Positions 59,128-64,000 of a stretch of DNA of 64,000 nucleotides are shown here, in pieces; the stretch's first letter is position 1, and every line of letters starts with the position of its first letter. Both the position numbers and the translations under genes were made by a program. The notes under the pieces are model-generated. The model made no database searches and was not told where the DNA came from. It saw only the letters and a program-made list of their open reading frames with translations. The DNA is taken from NCBI RefSeq assembly GCF_055900595.2, contig NZ_CM148325.1. The stretch is one strand, 5' to 3'.

Positions 59128-61410
59128 ATGGAAAACAATCGCAATTTCCCTGCCAGACAATTTCATTCGCTCACGTTCTTTGCCGGTCTTTGTATTGGCA
59201 TCACGCCTGTGGCACAGGCACTCGCCGCCGAAGGGCAAGCTAACGCGGATGACACGCTGGTTGTCGAAGCATCAACGCCTTCGCTTTACGCGCCACAACA
59301 ATCTGCCGATCCGAAATTCTCGCGTCCGGTAGCAGATACTACCCGCACGATGACGGTGATTTCTGAACAAGTGATTAAAGATCAGGGTGCAACCAACCTT
59401 ACCGATGCGCTCAAAAACGTCCCCGGCGTGGGTGCATTTTTTGCTGGTGAGAACGGTAACTCCACCACTGGCGACGCCATTTATATGCGCGGTGCCGATA
59501 CTTCTAACAGTATTTATATTGATGGGATTCGCGATATCGGCAGCGTCTCGCGCGACACTTTCAATACAGAGCAGGTCGAAGTAATTAAAGGGCCGTCCGG
59601 CACCGACTACGGGCGCAGCGCGCCGACGGGCTCGATCAATATGATCAGCAAGCAGCCGCGCAATGATTCAGGCATTGACGCTTCCGCCAGTATTGGCAGC
59701 GCCTGGTTCCGCCGCGGCACGCTGGACGTCAATCAGGTCATTGGTGATACCACCGCGGTGCGCCTGAATGTGATGGGTGAAAAAACGCACGATGCCGGAC
59801 GCGACAAAGTTAAAAATGAGCGTTACGGCATCGCCCCTTCTGTCGCTTTTGGCCTTGGCACAGCGAATCGTTTGTATCTTAATTATCTGCATGTCACCCA
59901 GCACAACACGCCAGACGGCGGCATTCCGACCATCGGTTTGCCGGGCTATTCTGCCCCATCGGCGGGAACGGCGGCCCTGAATCATTCCGGAAAAGTTGAT
60001 ACGCATAACTTTTACGGCACGGATTCCGATTACGACGATTCGACCACCGACACCGCTACCATGCGTTTTGAGCACGACATCAACGATAACACCACCATTC
60101 GCAACACTACCCGTTGGTCGCGCGTGAAGCAGGATTACCTGATGACGGCGATTATGGGCGGGGCGTCGAATATTACCCAGCCCACCAGCGATGTGAATAG
60201 CTGGACCTGGTCACGCACGGCGAATACCAAGGATGTGAGTAATAAAATTCTCACCAACCAGACCAACCTGACCTCGACGTTCTATACCGGTTCTATCGGT
60301 CATGATGTCAGTACTGGCGTGGAATTTACCCGTGAAACGCAGACTAACTATGGCGTTAATCCGGTGACGTTACCTGCGGTGAATATTTATCATCCTGACA
60401 GCAGCATTCATCCTGGCGGCCTGACGCGTAACGGCGCAAACGCCAATGGTCAGACGGATACCTTCGCAATTTATGCCTTCGATACGCTGCAAATCACCCG
60501 TGATTTTGAGCTGAACGGCGGGATCCGTCTGGATAATTATCATACTGAATATGACAGTGCCACCGCCTGCGGCGGCAGTGGCCGAGGTGCCGTTACCTGC
60601 CCAGCTGGCGTGGCGAAAGGTTCTCCGGTCACCACTGTTGACACCGCCAAGTCTGGCAATCTGGTGAACTGGAAAGCCGGGGCGCTGTATCACCTGACGG
60701 AAAACGGCAATGTCTATATTAACTATGCCGTTTCCCAGCAGCCTCCGGGCGGCAACAACTTCGCCCTTGCGCAGTCTGGCAGCGGTAACAGTGCCAACCG
60801 CACCGATTTTAAACCGCAAAAAGCCAACACCAGCGAGATTGGCACCAAATGGCAGGTTCTGGATAAACGCCTGTTGCTCACCGCCGCGCTGTTCCGTACT
60901 GATATCGAAAATGAAGTTGAGCAAAATGATGACGGAACTTACTCGCAATACGGTAAGAAACGCGTCGAAGGCTATGAGATATCCGTGGCCGGGAATATCA
61001 CTCCCGCGTGGCAGGTGATTGGCGGCTATACCCAGCAAAAAGCAACCATCAAAAACGGCAAAGATGTTGCCCAGGATGGTTCCTCATCGCTGCCGTATAC
61101 CCCGGAGCACGCCTTTACCTTATGGAGCCAGTATCAGGCAACCGATGATATCTCTGTTGGCGCGGGCGCTCGCTATATCGGCAGTATGCATAAAGGTTCA
61201 GACGGCGCGGTGGGAACGCCAGCATTTACCGAGGGTTATTGGGTCGCCGATGCCAAACTGGGGTATCGGGTTAATCGCAATCTCGACCTCCAGCTAAACG
61301 TCTACAACCTGTTTGATACCGATTACGTCGCCTCAATCAACAAGAGCGGCTACCGTTATCACCCGGGCGAGCCAAGAACCTTCCTGCTTACCGCCAATAT
61401 GCATTTCTGA
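59128..61410 (+). CDS. fiu: TonB-dependent catecholate siderophore receptor Fiu
   Basis: 760 aa; signal peptide, TonB box DTLVVEA, C-terminal F. Confidence 0.95.
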   Translation: MENNRNFPARQFHSLTFFAGLCIGITPVAQALAAEGQANADDTLVVEASTPSLYAPQQSADPKFSRPVADTTRTMTVISEQVIKDQGATNLTDALKNVPGVGAFFAGENGNSTTGDAIYMRGADTSNSIYIDGIRDIGSVSRDTFNTEQVEVIKGPSGTDYGRSAPTGSINMISKQPRNDSGIDASASIGSAWFRRGTLDVNQVIGDTTAVRLNVMGEKTHDAGRDKVKNERYGIAPSVAFGLGTANRLYLNYLHVTQHNTPDGGIPTIGLPGYSAPSAGTAALNHSGKVDTHNFYGTDSDYDDSTTDTATMRFEHDINDNTTIRNTTRWSRVKQDYLMTAIMGGASNITQPTSDVNSWTWSRTANTKDVSNKILTNQTNLTSTFYTGSIGHDVSTGVEFTRETQTNYGVNPVTLPAVNIYHPDSSIHPGGLTRNGANANGQTDTFAIYAFDTLQITRDFELNGGIRLDNYHTEYDSATACGGSGRGAVTCPAGVAKGSPVTTVDTAKSGNLVNWKAGALYHLTENGNVYINYAVSQQPPGGNNFALAQSGSGNSANRTDFKPQKANTSEIGTKWQVLDKRLLLTAALFRTDIENEVEQNDDGTYSQYGKKRVEGYEISVAGNITPAWQVIGGYTQQKATIKNGKDVAQDGSSSLPYTPEHAFTLWSQYQATDDISVGAGARYIGSMHKGSDGAVGTPAFTEGYWVADAKLGYRVNRNLDLQLNVYNLFDTDYVASINKSGYRYHPGEPRTFLLTANMHF

Positions 61411-61460
61411 TTCAGATGTGGGGCGCAGGGCTCACTAATGTTGATGGCGAGAACAGGACT

Positions 61461-61560
61461 GCCTGATGCGCTGCGCTTATCAGGCCTACAAGGTTGTGCA
61501 ATGCATTGAATTCACATCATTTGGTAGGCCGGATAAGGCGTTCACGCCGCATCCGGCATG
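61461..61560. repeat. REP element cluster
   Basis: GCCTGATGCGCTGCGCTTATCAGGCCTACA and GGTAGGCCGGATAAGGCGTTCACGCCGCATCCGGCATG. Confidence 0.8.
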
Positions 61561-61622
61561 AACAAAGCACCTGCTGTTAAAAATCGGTGTAGGGTAAAAG
61601 CCCCACTTTTTGGAGAACTTGT

Positions 61623-62300
61623 ATGATGTACCACATTCCCTGCGTGTTATCGCCACAGGACGTCGCGCGGTTTCGTGAACAACTGGAACAAGCCGAATGG
61701 GTTGATGGACGCGTCACCACCGGCGCACAAGGTGCGCAAGTTAAGAATAATCAACAGGTAGACACCCACAGCGCGTTATACGCCGCCCTGCAAAATGAGG
61801 TGCTGAACGCGGTTAACCAACATGCATTGTTCTTTGCCGCTGCCTTGCCGCGTACCCTTTCCACGCCGCTGTTTAATCGTTATCAGAACAATGAAACTTA
61901 CGGTTTTCATGTGGATGGCGCAGTACGCAGTCACCCACAAAACGGCTGGATGCGCACTGACCTTTCTGCCACGCTGTTTTTAAGCGATCCACAAAGCTAC
62001 GACGGCGGCGAACTGGTCGTTAATGACACCTTCGGGCAACATCGGGTAAAACTTCCGGCAGGCGATCTGGTGTTGTATCCCTCCAGCAGCCTGCATTGCG
62101 TGACGCCCGTAACCCGCGGCGTACGAGTGGCATCATTTATGTGGATCCAGTCGATGATCCGCGATGATAAAAAGCGCGCCATGCTGTTCGATCTGGACAA
62201 CAATATTCAGTCGCTGAAAAGCCGCTATGGTGAAAGTGAAGAGATCCTGTCGCTGCTCAATCTTTATCATAATCTGCTGCGGGAATGGTCGGAGATCTGA
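61623..62300 (+). CDS. ybiX: PKHD-type Fe(II)/2-oxoglutarate-dependent hydroxylase YbiX
   Basis: 225 aa; HxD...H motif (HVDGAV ... SLHCV). Confidence 0.9.
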   Translation: MMYHIPCVLSPQDVARFREQLEQAEWVDGRVTTGAQGAQVKNNQQVDTHSALYAALQNEVLNAVNQHALFFAAALPRTLSTPLFNRYQNNETYGFHVDGAVRSHPQNGWMRTDLSATLFLSDPQSYDGGELVVNDTFGQHRVKLPAGDLVLYPSSSLHCVTPVTRGVRVASFMWIQSMIRDDKKRAMLFDLDNNIQSLKSRYGESEEILSLLNLYHNLLREWSEI

Positions 62301-62373
62301 CGCTTGAACTGCCCGAGTTCGTCCCTATATTAGCTACACTTAACTGTACAAGCATTGATATGGGGAGGACGAT

Positions 62374-62640
62374 ATGGCATCCGGTTGGGCTAACGATGAC
62401 GCCGTCAACGAACAGATCAACAGTACAATTGAAGATGCGATTGCTCGTGCCCGGGGTGAAATTCCGCGTGGCGAGAGCCTGTATGAATGTGAAGAGTGCG
62501 GCGCCCCCATCCCGCAGGCCCGTCGGGAAGCCATTCCTGGCGTGCGCTTATGCATTCACTGCCAACAGGAGAAAGATTTACAAAAACCAGCTTATACAGG
62601 ATATAATCGCAGAGGTTCGAAAGACAGCCAGTTACGTTAA
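62374..62640 (+). CDS. ybiI: DksA/TraR-family C4 zinc-finger protein YbiI
   Basis: 88 aa; CxxC-N17-CxxC (CEECGAPIP...CIHC). Confidence 0.9.
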   Translation: MASGWANDDAVNEQINSTIEDAIARARGEIPRGESLYECEECGAPIPQARREAIPGVRLCIHCQQEKDLQKPAYTGYNRRGSKDSQLR

Positions 62641-62904
62641 CTGCAACTGGCGGGATGTATAGTGAGTATAATTTGTATTTTGCGTGGCATTCCGTGCCTT
62701 TAACGCTGCCGTGACTGCCACGCTGCATAAAACAAGTCCATAAGTACAACAAATAAATGGTTTATCAGTATGTTAGATATCAATCAATTTATTTGAATAA
62801 GGCGGTCAATTCTCTTCGATTTTATCTCTCGTAAAAAAACGTGATACTCATCACATCGACGAAACAACGTCACTTAAACAAAAATCACCTGCGAGAGATT
62901 AATT

Positions 62905-63165
62905 ATGAAAACTATCAATGCTGTTGTTGCTGCTATGGCTCTTTCAACTCTGTCATTTGGCGTGTTTGCCGCGGAACCGGTAACGGCATCCCAGGCACAG
63001 AACATGAATAAAATCGGCGTGGTTTCTGCCGATGGCGCATCCACCCTCGATGCCCTGGAAGCGAAACTGGCTGAGAAAGCTGCGGCTGCTGGTGCCAGCG
63101 GATACAGCATCACTTCTGCCACCAACAACAATAAATTAAGCGGAACTGCGGTTATCTATAAGTAA
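62905..63165 (+). CDS. ybiJ: DUF1471 (YhcN family) secreted protein YbiJ
   Basis: 86 aa with signal peptide; paralog of McbA. Confidence 0.88.
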   Translation: MKTINAVVAAMALSTLSFGVFAAEPVTASQAQNMNKIGVVSADGASTLDALEAKLAEKAAAAGASGYSITSATNNNKLSGTAVIYK

Positions 63166-63167
63166 TT

Positions 63168-63205
63168 CGTAGGCCGGATAAGGCGTTCACGCTACGTCCA
63201 GCACA
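63168..63205. repeat. REP-like element
   Basis: GTAGGCCGGATAAGGCGTTCACGCTACGTCCAGCAC. Confidence 0.6.
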
Positions 63206-63276
63206 AGTATTTCCCTGTCTGTTTGCCGACAGACGCATATGCTCTAACCCTCATTGATCCTATGTTACCCTTATTT

Positions 63277-63306
63277 GCCCGTCCGTCACTGGACGGGCTT
63301 TTTTTT
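63277..63306. terminator. bidirectional rho-independent terminator between ybiJ and ybiC
   Basis: stem GCCCGTCC/GGACGGGC followed by TTTTTTTT; overlaps ybiC stop. Confidence 0.8.
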
Positions 63307-64000
63307 AGCTGGCTAACTGCTGACAGAAAGCCTGCAACACCTCTTCCGGCATACCAATCTGCCGTGCCGCATCACAAATGGCCTGCCAGCTTCCCGCATC
63401 CAATGGAATCCCCTGCTCCTGCCGTTCGCGACGCGTGTTAACTTCCCACTCGCCCGGTAGCAAAATCGGCTTATCGTCATCATGCGGCGAGGCTTTCACC
63501 CACTCGGCAAAGGCTTCGGTCTGCGCGCTACAATCCGGCGCGCCGAACAGTTCCGGGTTGATGATGATAGTGGTCATGCAGTTAAGAATGGCATCGGGAC
63601 TGGTTTGTAACGTTTCCTGATGCGTCGTTTTACCGCCGGAAAGCGCCCCACCAAGAATTTCACACATCGCTGCAAGGGCGTAGCCTTTATGTTCGGCAAA
63701 GGTCAACAGCGAACCCAACGGCGACTCCTGCATTACCGCCGGATTGGTCGTCGGCATGCCGTTAACGTCAATCAGGCAACCTGGCGGCACGGGGACGCCT
63801 TTATGCCAGGCGACGCGAGTTTTCCCAAATGCGATGGCGCTGGTGGCGTAATCGAGCAACAGCGGGAAATTATCTTTACGTGGGAAAACCACACAGAACG
63901 GGTTGGTGCCAAAGCGGCTGTCGCGGCCGTGGAACGGCGCGACCATTGGAATACCCACCACGCTAACAAAGTGGATAGAGACAAACCCCGCCGCTGCACA
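63305..64000 (-). CDS. ybiC: hydroxycarboxylate dehydrogenase YbiC (Ldh2/Mdh family), 3' portion; 5' end beyond window
   Basis: reading frame open from window end to stop at 63305; C-terminal ...QAFCQQLAS; only about 231 codons of an expected roughly 361 are in the window. Confidence 0.85.
   Translation of the reverse strand, partial: CAAAGFVSIHFVSVVGIPMVAPFHGRDSRFGTNPFCVVFPRKDNFPLLLDYATSAIAFGKTRVAWHKGVPVPPGCLIDVNGMPTTNPAVMQESPLGSLLTFAEHKGYALAAMCEILGGALSGGKTTHQETLQTSPDAILNCMTTIIINPELFGAPDCSAQTEAFAEWVKASPHDDDKPILLPGEWEVNTRRERQEQGIPLDAGSWQAICDAARQIGMPEEVLQAFCQQLAS

Noticed and set aside
60370-61038. 222-aa ORF on the minus strand
   Set aside because: Antisense to fiu, Gly/Ala/Arg-rich low-complexity translation; spurious.

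Overview
This window is conserved Escherichia coli core chromosome, K-12-like, read as the reverse complement of the usual map (roughly genes b0860 artJ down to b0801 ybiC; locus numbers are from memory). I found no mobile element, prophage, CRISPR array, tRNA/rRNA or foreign-composition island, and no evidence of a novel system. All gene identities rest on ORF length and on recognising the translated sequence from memory; no database search was run. Gene order is artJ, rlmC, ybjO, potIHGF, ybjN-rimK-nfsA-ybjC, grxA, ybjM, ybjL, rybB sRNA, rcdA, ybjJ-ybjI, ybjH, mdfA, ybjG, deoR, dacC, gstB, yliI, bssR, rimO, dgcI-pdeI, gsiDCBA-iaaA, moeAB, fsaA, ybiY-ybiW, ybiV, ybiU, ybiT, ldtB, ybiR-mntR, mntS, opgE, ompX, rhtA, dps, glnHPQ, ybiO, rlmF, mcbA, fiu-ybiX-ybiI, ybiJ and partial ybiC. 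The most notable observations are two in-frame TAA stops that interrupt otherwise full-length genes: potF at codon 56 (6746..6748) and pdeI/yliE at codon 221 (27057..27059). Both are single-codon lesions with gene length unchanged, so each is a recent mutation, an engineered allele or a sequencing error. Other features are REP clusters, hairpin terminators, and recognisable Fur, NtrC/sigma54, sigmaE and MntR regulatory sites.
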